From positions 15,004 through 79,003 of IMG/VR virus record IMGVR_UViG_3300038412_000065: a stretch of 64,000 nt of DNA; one strand, written 5' to 3'. This stretch comes from a virus. Shown here one piece after another: positions 36,639 to 45,456 of this stretch. The position numbers were made by a program, and so were the translations under genes. The notes under the pieces are model-generated. The model had not been told where the DNA came from. It did no database searches and worked only from the letters and a program-made list of their open reading frames with translations. Each line of letters starts with the position of its first letter. Positions within the stretch are counted from its first letter, which is position 1.

Positions 36639-36958
36639 ACGCCCCCACCCCCCATATCGGCTCGACCCTCGCCCAGCGCGCCATCCTTCGCTACCGCCTC
36701 GAGCAGCGCGAGCTGGACGCCGAGCGCGAACGCCTCGAGCGCACCGCGGCCGCGCTGCAGGTCGACGCCCTGCTCGATCGTGTCAGCCAGCCGGAGCCGT
36801 GCAACTTCTGCGCCCCGGTCGACGACGTGCCCAAGGCGATCACCGGCACGCAGTTGGCCATCGCCGGCGCGCTGTGGCTCGCCTGCATGCTCGGCTCGCT
36901 GTGGCTGTGCACGTCCGCAGGGATGGCATTCCTGGACGCGCTGTGGGGTGCGAAATGA
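36635..36958 (+). CDS. hypothetical early protein with C-terminal TM segment
   Basis: ATGA overlaps; hydrophobic C-terminus. Confidence 0.55.
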   Translation: MNAPTPHIGSTLAQRAILRYRLEQRELDAERERLERTAAALQVDALLDRVSQPEPCNFCAPVDDVPKAITGTQLAIAGALWLACMLGSLWLCTSAGMAFLDALWGAK

Positions 36959-37233
36959 ACGCCGCGCAGAAGGCGGCTGTGCTGGCGGTGCGAGCCGGCG
37001 ATGTGTTCAAGTTTGACGCTGGCCGCTATGCAACCGTCATGCGCACAATTCCGGGTGGCTGCGTCGAGCTGCGCATTTCTGGCGAGAAGAACGGCAAACC
37101 GTCCCTGTCCGTTGGCGAAATGCAGGTTCGTGTCGTTCGCGAGATGCAGCGCGTTGGGCGTGCCGAATATCAGGACGGAAACTACAAGCCGCTTGATCAC
37201 GCCGCCCTCGCCAACATCGGGAGCGCGTCATGA
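36955..37233 (+). CDS. hypothetical early protein
   Basis: MNAAQKAAV start with ATGA overlaps on both sides. Confidence 0.55.
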   Translation: MNAAQKAAVLAVRAGDVFKFDAGRYATVMRTIPGGCVELRISGEKNGKPSLSVGEMQVRVVREMQRVGRAEYQDGNYKPLDHAALANIGSAS

Positions 37234-37859
37234 AATTCGAGATTCGTAACCGCTGGACAGGCGCAGTGCAGTGCAGCTGCGAGCTGAGCGCGGAAGTCGC
37301 CGGAAAATCCTACTCGGCACAACTCGGTTTTGCAGTGATGGCGGCTCGTGAAAGCAGTGCCGACCTGCGCGGTGCCAACCTGCGCGGTGCCGACCTGCGC
37401 GGTGCCGACCTGCGCGGTGCCAACCTGCGCGGTGCCGACCTGCGCGGTGCCGACCTGCGCAGTGCCAACCTGCGCGGTGCCGACCTGTGCGGTGCCGACC
37501 TGCGCGGTGCCGACCTGCGCGGTGCCAAAAACGCAGAACTCGCTATCGCGAAAACGCGAATCCTGCCTGACGGCGATTTGATCGGCTGGAAGAAATGCCG
37601 ACATGGCGTAATCGTAAAGCTGCGCATTCCCGAGGCAGCAAAGCGCTGCCATGCGTTCGGCAGAAAGTGCCGCGCCGAGTATGCCGATGTGCTGGAAGTT
37701 TTCAACGCCGACAAAGGCATTTCGAGTCACGACGGCAAAACCGAGTACGTCGCGGGCACCCGCGTGATCCCTGATGCATTCGACTCCGACTGGACCAACG
37801 AATGCAGCAATGGTGTGCATTTCTTCATTACGCGACTGGAAGCGGAGAACTACGCATGA
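37230..37859 (+). CDS. pentapeptide-repeat protein with DUF5758-like C-terminus
   Basis: 11 A(D/N)LxG units; [28 protein letters not shown]. Confidence 0.9.
   Translation: MKFEIRNRWTGAVQCSCELSAEVAGKSYSAQLGFAVMAARESSADLRGANLRGADLRGADLRGANLRGADLRGADLRSANLRGADLCGADLRGADLRGAKNAELAIAKTRILPDGDLIGWKKCRHGVIVKLRIPEAAKRCHAFGRKCRAEYADVLEVFNADKGISSHDGKTEYVAGTRVIPDAFDSDWTNECSNGVHFFITRLEAENYA
37357..37526 (+). repeat. 15-bp tandem repeat x11 (coding)
   Basis: GTGCC(G/A)ACCTGCGCG units. Confidence 0.92.
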
Positions 37860-37989
37860 ACGCCATCCGCACATCCGAAATCCGCGTGCCGGCCGAACCG
37901 TTCACATGGGTTGACTCGGCCGCGTTCCTTGCGCCGATGGGGATTGTGGCGGTGCTGATCCTTCTGGCGCGGTGGTCGGGGGTGATGGC

Positions 37990-38369
37990 ATGAGCGGGCA
38001 TACATCTACTGCGTGGAGTGGTGGCAAGTGCCGCGTTCCGATGTGGATTGTATGGGAGCGCCAGCTGGGTTTTGTGATGAGCCGGCGAACGGGCCTCAAC
38101 TTCCAGAGGCATACCTTTACGAAAAACGAAACTTCAACCGACCCCCGTATTGCCATGGCCCGTGCTGTCCCGGTCATGGTGGCCCAATGTCCGGCGAGCC
38201 GATCATTTTAAGGGATGGGTGGACTGGCGAAGGGCGACCGATGTGGTGCGCAGTAATGCCGGACTTTGTGAATCTGCAGGAGAGTCCCGCTGGGTTCTCG
38301 GCCAGCCCGTTTCAGGCCGTGAACGGCCTCCACGCCGCCCTGCTTGCCGCTACCGGAGACAACTCATGA
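37990..38369 (+). pseudogene. Cys-rich hypothetical gene apparently frameshifted near 38047
   Basis: MSGHT..GKCRVPMW in one frame continues as CMGAPAGFCD..CPGHGGP in another. Confidence 0.45.
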
Positions 38370-38779
38370 ACTTCACCCAGTCCCAGGCGCGCCGCGACAA
38401 CTCGCTCCCGCCCAATAACGACACATCTGCCAGCGAACGCCGCGACGCCTTCCTGGCCGATCAGATCCGCACGTCACTCGACCCAATGGATCGGCTCATC
38501 GTGAAGCATGCTGATGCGCTCAACGAGAGTGTCGAGGCTATCAATCAAATCATCGTCGAGGCGAACTGGACGTGGCGGCGGCGTACTGAGTGGGCGGATG
38601 AGTGGGACATCGCGCTATCTGACGGCATGTCACCGCGCAACGACCGCACGCTCGCTATTTGCGAACTACTCAAGACCGGCGCGGACGATTGCCAGCTGGG
38701 CAAGCTGATCCGTGAAGTGACGATGGACTCATTTGCCGAGCGCTGCGTTAGTGCGGCGGAAGACGAGGTGATGTCGTGA
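38366..38779 (+). CDS. hypothetical early protein
   Basis: GGAG RBS, ATGA overlap (MNFTQSQARRDN). Confidence 0.55.
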   Translation: MNFTQSQARRDNSLPPNNDTSASERRDAFLADQIRTSLDPMDRLIVKHADALNESVEAINQIIVEANWTWRRRTEWADEWDIALSDGMSPRNDRTLAICELLKTGADDCQLGKLIREVTMDSFAERCVSAAEDEVMS

Positions 38780-39039
38780 GCGAGCAGATCAAAGGTGGCG
38801 GGCCGGCGTTCCCAACACTTGATTTCATGACGCCAGAACGAGTCGCAACAAATCGTCCCGGCATGACCCTGCGCGATTACTTCGCGGCAAAGGCGATGCC
38901 GGCCATCTACAAGGACTACTGGGAAGGCGTCCGGCTGCATGAGTTTTCGTGTGATGACGAAACGTGGCCGATGAATTTGGCGATGGACGCCTACCGCATC
39001 GCCGACGCCATGCTCGCCGCCCGCGAGGCCAAGCCGTGA
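38776..39039 (+). CDS. conserved phage hypothetical protein
   Basis: GGPAFP..GMTLRDYFAAKAM..AYRIADAMLAAR. Confidence 0.8.
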   Translation: MSEQIKGGGPAFPTLDFMTPERVATNRPGMTLRDYFAAKAMPAIYKDYWEGVRLHEFSCDDETWPMNLAMDAYRIADAMLAAREAKP

Positions 39040-39110
39040 CCACCAAGACAAAAGCAGCTAGTCGGCGGGCAGGCCGATCCGTAGAGACGTAAAGCTGGCT
39101 GCTTTTGTGT

Positions 39111-39240
39111 TCGTGGGCGGCGTGGAAGGACACGCAACGGTGCGACAGACAAGGTTTCTGTGACGTATTGACCGAATGCTAGCTCATTTGCTGGCACGCC
39201 CGGGCTGAGGTCAAAGCCGGTATCAAGCCCGGCCCCACGA
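39111..39240 (+). ncRNA. candidate tRNA-like structured RNA
   Basis: Acceptor-like TCGTGGG/CCCACGA, D-like GCGTG-GAAGGA-CACGC, T-like GCCGG-TATCAAGC-CCGGC, plus internal stems; intergenic. Confidence 0.55.
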
Positions 39241-39261
39241 ACAACCTATTAACCGGAGAGT

Positions 39262-39528
39262 GTGATGAAAATTACCCAATATCCAGCAGCCGTTTGGACT
39301 TTGCAGCCGGGATTCAAGCCTGTTCAAGTGGTACTTATCTCGCGCTATTACGAAGGATGGCATGCAACAAGTTCCGGTAAGACATACCACGAAAGCAAGG
39401 TTTTCGCCCTGAAGGAAGAGGCGATTTCGTTTGGGCGAAGCGAGATTGACCGCATGCGCGCTGATATCGAAAAGCGAGCAGAAAGCATTGATAAGAAATC
39501 TGCTGCGCTAGACAAAGCTTCAGCCTAA
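39262..39528 (+). CDS. hypothetical protein (lower GC)
   Basis: GGAG RBS; 88-aa ORF. Confidence 0.6.
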   Translation: MMKITQYPAAVWTLQPGFKPVQVVLISRYYEGWHATSSGKTYHESKVFALKEEAISFGRSEIDRMRADIEKRAESIDKKSAALDKASA

Positions 39529-39658
39529 CCCATTAACCACAGCGACCCGGCGCTGATCCGGGAAGGGATTGAGATGTCAGAGGCAGAGACATACGCAAGC
39601 GAGCAACGCGAACCCGACGAGCCGATCGCCAATTATCGATATATCCGAGGAGTATGAA

Positions 39659-40558
39659 ATGGGACTGAAAATCACGCGCGCCACCGACCCGATCACTGTC
39701 GAGCGCATCAACCTTTGCCTGTACGGCCAGCCCGGATCGGGCAAGACCTCACTGGCGTTCACTGCCGATGCTCCGCTGCTCCTGGACTTCGATGGTGGCG
39801 CTTACCGTGCCTGCAATCGAAAGGATGTTGTGCGGATCACGTCGTGGGAGGATGCGGCCCACATGACCGCTGGCGACCTGTCGGATTACCACACCATCGT
39901 GGTTGACACCGCTGGCCGTGCGCTGGACTCCCTGACCGCTGACATCATCCGCCGCAACCCGAAGGCCGGTCGAGGTGGTGCGCTGACCCTGCAGGGCTAC
40001 GGCACGCTCAAAGCCGAGTTCGTCGCGTGGCTGAAGATGCTCAACACGTTCGGCAAGGATGTCGTGCTGATCGCGCACATGGACGAGCAGCGCAACGGTG
40101 ATGACGTGCTGGAACGTCTTGACGTCCAGGGCGGCAGCAAGGGCGAGATTTACAAGGCCGCCGATGCGATGGGCCGCCTGTTTGTCAAGGGCAGTAAACG
40201 CGAGCTGGACTTTTCCCCGCGCGAGCACTCCTTCGGCAAGAACCCCGGTCAACTTGACGTGTTGGACGTGCCACACCCGGACACTGCCCCGGCGTTCCTT
40301 GCCGGCGTTGTGCAGGCAATCAAGGACAAGCTCAACGCCATGACCGCAGACCAGATGGAGGCGCATGTGGCACTGGAGAAGTGGCGCACTACTATCGCGG
40401 ACCTTGCGGCCGTGGAAGACTTCAACGCCATGCTGGCCGACGTCAAGACCGCGCCCCGTGCAGCGCAGGCCCTGTTCAATGAGGCAGCGAAGTCGCGCGG
40501 TTACACGTTCGACAAGGCGGCTGGCGCGTATGTGGCACAGCAGAAAGAGGCTGCGTGA
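39659..40558 (+). CDS. AAA_24 / Sak4-like ATPase (single-strand annealing recombinase)
   Basis: LYGQPGSGKTS, LLDFDGG, TIVVDT, VVLIAH; GAGGAG RBS. Confidence 0.85.
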   Translation: MGLKITRATDPITVERINLCLYGQPGSGKTSLAFTADAPLLLDFDGGAYRACNRKDVVRITSWEDAAHMTAGDLSDYHTIVVDTAGRALDSLTADIIRRNPKAGRGGALTLQGYGTLKAEFVAWLKMLNTFGKDVVLIAHMDEQRNGDDVLERLDVQGGSKGEIYKAADAMGRLFVKGSKRELDFSPREHSFGKNPGQLDVLDVPHPDTAPAFLAGVVQAIKDKLNAMTADQMEAHVALEKWRTTIADLAAVEDFNAMLADVKTAPRAAQALFNEAAKSRGYTFDKAAGAYVAQQKEAA

Positions 40559-41151
40559 TGTTGACGCGCGTATCCAGCATCGAGACGTTCCGCAGGTGGC
40601 GGCAAGATGAAGAGGCTACAGCCGCCGACCTGGTTGAGCGCCTGACGAACTTCCAGCCAACGGAGCCGATGCTTGCAGGCACGGCTTTCCACGCCGCGCT
40701 GGAAGTCGCCAAGCCCGGCGACTATGACCGGCTGGAAGCAAACGGCTACACGTTCCTGCTGCCCGATTCGTCCATTGCACTGACGCCCATTCGCGAGCTG
40801 CGCGCAAGTAAGCGATACGGCCCGATCGTCGTGACCGGCAAGCTGGATGGCTTGTACGGCAAGCGCGTGGAGGATCACAAGACCACCGCCAGCTTCAACC
40901 CGGACGGCTACTTCGAGGGCTGTCAGTGGCGGTTCTACCTGGACATCTTCGAGGCCGATGTCTTCCGCTGGAACGTGTTCGTCATTACCCCCGTTCCGAA
41001 GCTGGACAAGACCTACACCGTCAAGCCGCCGCAGCTACTTGAGCAATGCCGTTATCCGGGCATGCACGACGACTGCATGGATCTGGCGGACGACTTCCAC
41101 GAATTCGCGGCGCAGTTTATGCCCGATTACACACCCAATCTTGAGGCGTAA
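40555..41151 (+). CDS. PD-(D/E)xK exonuclease-like protein
   Basis: GTAFH, TGKLDG..VEDHKTT, QWRFY. Confidence 0.75.
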   Translation: MMLTRVSSIETFRRWRQDEEATAADLVERLTNFQPTEPMLAGTAFHAALEVAKPGDYDRLEANGYTFLLPDSSIALTPIRELRASKRYGPIVVTGKLDGLYGKRVEDHKTTASFNPDGYFEGCQWRFYLDIFEADVFRWNVFVITPVPKLDKTYTVKPPQLLEQCRYPGMHDDCMDLADDFHEFAAQFMPDYTPNLEA

Positions 41152-41156
41152 TAACC

Positions 41157-41392
41157 ATGGCAAGGGCATCAACAAAGTGATTCTGGTCGGCAACCTTGGC
41201 TCGGACCCCGAGGTGCGCAGCACCGGCAGCGTCACCACGGTGTGCAGCTTCAGCCTGGCCACTTCCGAGTCGTGGACCGACAAGCAGAGCGGCGAGAAGC
41301 AGGAACGCACCGAGTGGCACCGCGTAAAGGTGTTCGGGAAGCTGGCGGAAATCAGCGGTGAGCGCAGCGAATCCGCTGCATTGACGAGTTAG
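41157..41392 (+). pseudogene. ssb: ssb pseudogene (5' frameshift and 3' truncation)
   Basis: ATG GCA AGG is out of frame with [33 protein letters not shown], which then runs into an attC remnant. Confidence 0.85.
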
Positions 41393-41394
41393 GT
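41345..41394 (-). other. truncated attC site (R' box missing)
   Basis: Minus strand ACCTAAC-tcgtc-AATGCAGC-ggattcgctgcgctcacc-GCTGATT-tccgc, then ssb sequence instead of GTTRRRY. Confidence 0.7.
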
Positions 41395-41398
41395 TGCC

Positions 41399-41578
41399 AT
41401 GCCAGAAATACAGATTGACGCAACGAGCGATGAAGATGTCGAGGTGAGCGTGGAAAACGCCGAACTTAGTTGGATACGCATTGCCGTTGCGGGCGTGACG
41501 CTAGAACTGCGGTGGGAGCAGGCAGACAGTTTGTTTCGCAACCTGCGCCCGTTTTTTGACGACGACACTGCAACCTAA
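41399..41578 (+). CDS. cassette ORF 1 (59 aa, acidic; below ORF-track cut-off)
   Basis: MPEIQIDATSDEDVEV..FFDDDTAT; bounded by GTTAGGT and ACCTAAC. Confidence 0.65.
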   Translation: MPEIQIDATSDEDVEVSVENAELSWIRIAVAGVTLELRWEQADSLFRNLRPFFDDDTAT

Positions 41579-41629
41579 CGACATGGTAAGCGGCGGCGGA
41601 ACGCCGTCAGCTTGACCGAATTGTTAGCC
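41573..41629 (-). other. integron attC site (57 bp)
   Basis: Minus strand GGCTAAC-aattc-GGTCAAGC-tgacggcgttccgccgcc-GCTTACC-atgtc-GTTAGGT. Confidence 0.9.
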
Positions 41630-41651
41630 GCAAGGCTACGGAGGAAAGACC

Positions 41652-41846
41652 ATGGTTAACCAAATCGTGAACAAGCGAATGGTGCTGAATTGGGACCGCA
41701 AGATCAAGGAACGGCAGGACGCCGTGGCGAAGGAGCGCGACAAGCTGGATGCGGTGATCGGCGAACTCGAGGATCTGCGCGAATGTTGCGATCGTGCATA
41801 TAGCGACCTGCAAAGCGCTCGCGATGCGTTGAGCGAACTCGTTTGA
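41652..41846 (+). CDS. cassette ORF 2 (coiled-coil, 64 aa)
   Basis: GGAGG RBS; bounded by GTTAGCC and GGCTAAC. Confidence 0.7.
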   Translation: MVNQIVNKRMVLNWDRKIKERQDAVAKERDKLDAVIGELEDLRECCDRAYSDLQSARDALSELV

Positions 41847-41847
41847 C

Positions 41848-41907
41848 GGCTAACGCTGGAATTAACCGGAGCCGCAAAGCGGCTTCCGGTTGAATGACTT
41901 GTTAGGG
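41848..41907 (-). other. integron attC site (60 bp)
   Basis: Minus strand CCCTAAC-aagtc-ATTCAACC-ggaagccgctttgcggctcc-GGTTAAT-tccagc-GTTAGCC. Confidence 0.92.
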
Positions 41908-41926
41908 CGCAGACTAGGGGATTGAA

Positions 41927-42160
41927 ATGCTGAAAGCTGAGATTAGAGGGGAATACGACTTTAGCCGCGCAAAGGATGCGCTTGTCGTCTCAAATGAATT
42001 GAACCAGCGCGTTGCGCTTTTTCTGGACGAGAACCGAAAAGGCGATGTTATCCGCGTCGCGGTGGACTTGCCGAATTGCTCCGGAACGAGAGCCTACGCC
42101 ATCAACTTCGATTGGTTGATGGATCACTTACGCCACCTTGAACCCGAACGTGCGCCCTAA
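41927..42160 (+). CDS. cassette ORF 3 (77 aa)
   Basis: Bounded by GTTAGGGCGCA and TGCGCCCTAAC. Confidence 0.7.
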   Translation: MLKAEIRGEYDFSRAKDALVVSNELNQRVALFLDENRKGDVIRVAVDLPNCSGTRAYAINFDWLMDHLRHLEPERAP

Positions 42161-42195
42161 CGCGTGATATGCGGCAAATCTGCTGATATGCACGT
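42155..42195 (-). other. candidate attI-like site heading the cassette array
   Basis: Minus strand GCATATCA..GCATATCA-cgc-GTTAGGG; no canonical attC boxes. Confidence 0.4.
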
Positions 42196-42270
42196 GTTAC
42201 GCAAGCATTAACTTCCGCGCCACAAAACGCACAACCACGCCATTTTCAATCCGATTATCAGGGCGCAACG

Positions 42271-43428
42271 ATGGATAACACCGAAAACAAAGGCAACACG
42301 ATGCGCGCGCAGTTTGAGGCGTGGTGGGAAACCACCGAACAGGACGTATCGTTCCCGCACGAAGCGGCTCGCTCCGCCTACCAAGCCGCCCTTTCCAGCC
42401 CTTCCGTGGTGGCGCTGGTGGACGCTATGGAAGCGTTAGACCAGATCGCACACACCTGTCGCGCAGGTGAGCCCTCAGGTGAGACCTACTCGGTTGACGG
42501 CCACCGTGAATGCGTTCGTATCGCGGATGCTGCACTCGATGGCCGTTCTACTGCCGAGCCATTAGCGCAGCACTCGGACGATACCGCTGTCGATGCGTTC
42601 GCCGCAGCGATGAAAGCCAAGCTCGCCGAGGCGCGAGCCAAGGGCCGTGGCGGCTGGCAGGACAAGGACGACTGCCCGCAGCAGCGCCTATCCGACATGC
42701 TCCGCGCGCACGTAGCCAAGGGCGACCCGCGCGACGTGGCGAACTTCTGCATATTCCTGCACCAACGCGACGAAGCGATCCTGCCGGCCCAGCCCCGCGC
42801 AGTGCTGGATGGATGGCCCAAGTTGTCTGCCGACGCACGAATCGGCAATACGGTATTCCGCAAAGGCGTCGGCTCCGATCTTGTCGTGCAGCGCGCCATT
42901 CGTGAACAGCAGTACCACTCCGAATCGGCCCAACGTGCGGAACGGCAGGTGGAGGCCGTCGATCCTGCTGCGAATTGGCCCGAGGATGCCGGTCACGAGA
43001 ACGGCAAATACGAGTGCGTCTGCGCTAGCTGCGGCAGGCACTTCATCGGCCATAAGCTGCGCATGACGTGCCGACTCTGCCACGCGGCGCATACGTGGCC
43101 TGTCGCCTGCGCTTGGCCGGACAAGCCATTTACCGTTCGCGACGAGCCGGGAGAGCACGACCCATGCTGGCTGGTTATGCCTGACGGCGCGTCGCTGGCG
43201 TTCGTCCACCACGCCACCAATGGCGTTGATCAGGCTAGGGCACAGTTCGTAGCGGACGCCTGCAACGCCTACACCCACCCCGCCGCGCCCGTGGGCGCGC
43301 CGGATGCAGAGTCATTCGCAGGTTTTCGGATAGTCGAGAACGCGGATGTACCTGACGGTGAGATCTGGGTATACGACAAGGCGAAGGTGATGACCGCCAC
43401 CCCATCCGCGCCGCAGGGTGAAGGGTGA
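42271..43428 (+). CDS. mosaic hypothetical early protein
   Basis: Patchwork of short phage segments (AVDAFAAAMKAKLA..KGRGGW..KGDPRDVANF; CxxC..CxxC). Confidence 0.7.
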   Translation: MDNTENKGNTMRAQFEAWWETTEQDVSFPHEAARSAYQAALSSPSVVALVDAMEALDQIAHTCRAGEPSGETYSVDGHRECVRIADAALDGRSTAEPLAQHSDDTAVDAFAAAMKAKLAEARAKGRGGWQDKDDCPQQRLSDMLRAHVAKGDPRDVANFCIFLHQRDEAILPAQPRAVLDGWPKLSADARIGNTVFRKGVGSDLVVQRAIREQQYHSESAQRAERQVEAVDPAANWPEDAGHENGKYECVCASCGRHFIGHKLRMTCRLCHAAHTWPVACAWPDKPFTVRDEPGEHDPCWLVMPDGASLAFVHHATNGVDQARAQFVADACNAYTHPAAPVGAPDAESFAGFRIVENADVPDGEIWVYDKAKVMTATPSAPQGEG

Positions 43429-43590
43429 TGAAGAACTTCGAGCGAGTGGACATCAGGCCGGCGTATGACGCTCACGGGAAGATCGTGCACATGGTCACGT
43501 CAGGCGGCTACGTCATGGTCAAGCGACCGCACGCCATGCCGTTTGTGCTGTCGTTGAAGGAATGGGCAAAACTGCCGAAGGAGCGCAAGT

Positions 43591-44080
43591 GATGACGATG
43601 ACGATTGATGGTGTAGAGGCTGATCTGCGCAGGCTCGGGTACAACGGATACGCCGATGTGATCCGTGCCCACCTCGCGCAGCCCGCGCAGGCGGTGGATG
43701 TGGATTACGTTCCGGGCGAGCTTGACCGGACGGCACCAGAGCGCATCTGGCTGCAGATTGACACCAACCACTACGGCGACTCACGCGACGAACCGTGGCC
43801 CGGCGCTGACGGCGTGACGTGGCAGGACGAGTCAGTCGGAGGGCTGGAAATCCAGTACGTTCGCGCAGACCTTGTTCACCGCGCCCTTGCCGGCGAGAAG
43901 GCGGAGGGGTGGAGGGATGGGTGGACCGCGCGGCGGGTTGAGGAATTGCGACTGTGGCACGTCCATTCGCCATCGGGCGATATCGCTGGCGTGTACGACC
44001 AGGCGGCAGACGTGCATGCCGAGGTGCTGCGCCAGCTCGCGCAATCTCTCCCCACCCCTCCCACTGATGGGGAGGGATAG
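43591..44080 (+). CDS. hypothetical early protein (start approximate)
   Basis: TAPERIWLQ..VTW..IQYVRADL motif. Confidence 0.6.
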
Positions 44081-44292
44081 GGGATGGCTGAGTATTCCGG
44101 CCTGCGAATTGGACGGCTTAACGTCTACGCCGGCATGGTCGCACGCGGCAATAACGGCGTTAACCCGCCGTGGCTCGGGTTCTGCTACGGCTACTGGCTA
44201 CCAAGACTTGCCAAAGCAAGTTATCTGGGCTGCGTATACGTCGATTTCGCGTGGCTTTGCTTTCACGCATCCATCTACATGGATACTGACCG

Positions 44293-44631
44293 ATGAACGA
44301 CGAGCTGAGGAAGGCGGCGGAGGCATCAAGGTCGCCGCGCGTTGATGCGCTTATCGAGCGGATGATGCAGAAGTATCCCGGTTTTAGCGCCAGCGCCCAA
44401 GCTAGGTACTACGAGGCTGTGCACCAAGAGCTTGCGCCGCTAGCCCGCGACCTGGAGGCGGAGAACGCGCGGCTGCAATCCCGCCTCGCTGCGGCGAATT
44501 CGCTGCTGCGGGAGGCGTCGAACTATCTAGACCGGGACTGGGACGACTCATGCGATGTCGATGACAGGATTGCGGTCCACCTGCAAGGAGCTGGCGATGA
44601 AGCTCCGAGCACACCGGAGAAGGCAGAGTGA
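44293..44631 (+). CDS. hypothetical early protein
   Basis: Coupled overlaps; coiled coil. Confidence 0.55.
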   Translation: MNDELRKAAEASRSPRVDALIERMMQKYPGFSASAQARYYEAVHQELAPLARDLEAENARLQSRLAAANSLLREASNYLDRDWDDSCDVDDRIAVHLQGAGDEAPSTPEKAE

Positions 44632-44813
44632 GCGTCGAAATCGACAAGTCATTGCGCGACACGCCAAATCCGGGAAGCGATGCGGCCATTACGCTGGGCT
44701 GCAAATGCCCGGTCATGGATAACGGACGAGGTCGCGGTTACATGGGCATAAAGGGACTGTTTGTGTATTCCGGGGAATGTCCGATCCACGCGAAGAAGGA
44801 GCGGGCAGAGTGA
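44628..44813 (+). CDS. small Cys-containing phage protein
   Basis: PNPGSDAA..LGCKCPVMDN.RGRG..CPIH. Confidence 0.7.
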   Translation: MSVEIDKSLRDTPNPGSDAAITLGCKCPVMDNGRGRGYMGIKGLFVYSGECPIHAKKERAE

Positions 44814-45047
44814 ATACACCTTGCGGTTTCGACTTTGAACATCAGCGCGTAACTCGACTGTGGTCGCACAAGGGTGCGTCTTGTCTGCGGGTGCTGAACA
44901 TGGTCACGGGCGAATACGTGGACGTGCAGACTTCGGCAACGGGGCGAAGGAATCTCGTCCATGTTGGAGTGCTGGACAAGGCCGCGCTGAAGCGTGAATT
45001 GGAGCAGCCAGAGTGAGCCAGAATCCGCAGGCTGAGGTAATAGCAGC

Positions 45048-45263
45048 ATGAGCACTACCCTACTCACCTTCGCCCAGACGTCCGCCAAGGTGGCGATCGG
45101 CCGGACATCGATCTACGCTGGCATCGCCGCCAAGACGTTCCCCGCTCCGATCAAGTCCGGCAAGCGGTCATTGTGGGTCGAGTCGGAGGTCGAGCAGTGG
45201 ATCGCCGACCGCATCGCGGAACGCGACATGGGTCAGAACATGGGTAGGCGGGACGCCGCATAG
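45048..45263 (+). CDS. alpA: AlpA-family excisionase/regulator
   Basis: IGRTSIY..FPAPIKSG.RS.WVESEVEQWI. Confidence 0.9.
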   Translation: MSTTLLTFAQTSAKVAIGRTSIYAGIAAKTFPAPIKSGKRSLWVESEVEQWIADRIAERDMGQNMGRRDAA

Positions 45264-45456
45264 CAAAAAGCCCCGAATAAACGGGGCCTTGGCTTCATGC
45301 AATGGCGGAGAGGGCGTCCGCGAGCCGTGTATTCTGTACTATCCGGCATTGTTCGGCAAGCCGCGCCGCTTCGCGCTTCCCGCATGATTTCATGTTCTGG
45401 ATTGTTTCGTCCTGTTCGCTACAATCCGTGCACCGAACATGGGTAGGGACGTGGGT
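45226..45456. other. intact attP-like site: tRNA 3'-end core flanked by arm repeats on both sides
   Basis: Core TGGCGGAGAGGG 45303-45314 (reverse complement CCCTCTCCGCCA, like a tRNA-Ser 3' end); AC(A/G)TGGGT pairs at 45226/45238 and 45437/45449. Confidence 0.75.
45265..45287 (-). terminator. intrinsic terminator downstream of the tRNA-like core (possibly bidirectional)
   Basis: Minus strand GCCCCG-tttatt-CGGGGC-TTTTT. Confidence 0.75.

Noticed and set aside
37357..37526. CRISPR array
   Set aside because: Tandem coding repeat with no spacers; no cas operon and no repeat-spacer array seen elsewhere
39111..39240. Canonical tRNA gene
   Set aside because: Too long, atypical D and T loops, no CCA; kept only as a tRNA-like candidate
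39522..39570. Additional attC after ORF 39262-39528 (ends GCCTAAC)
   Set aside because: No matching L boxes or GTTRRRY at attC distance
45290..45400. Complete tRNA-Ser gene
   Set aside because: Only about 12 nt of 3' end match; no T loop or cloverleaf upstream
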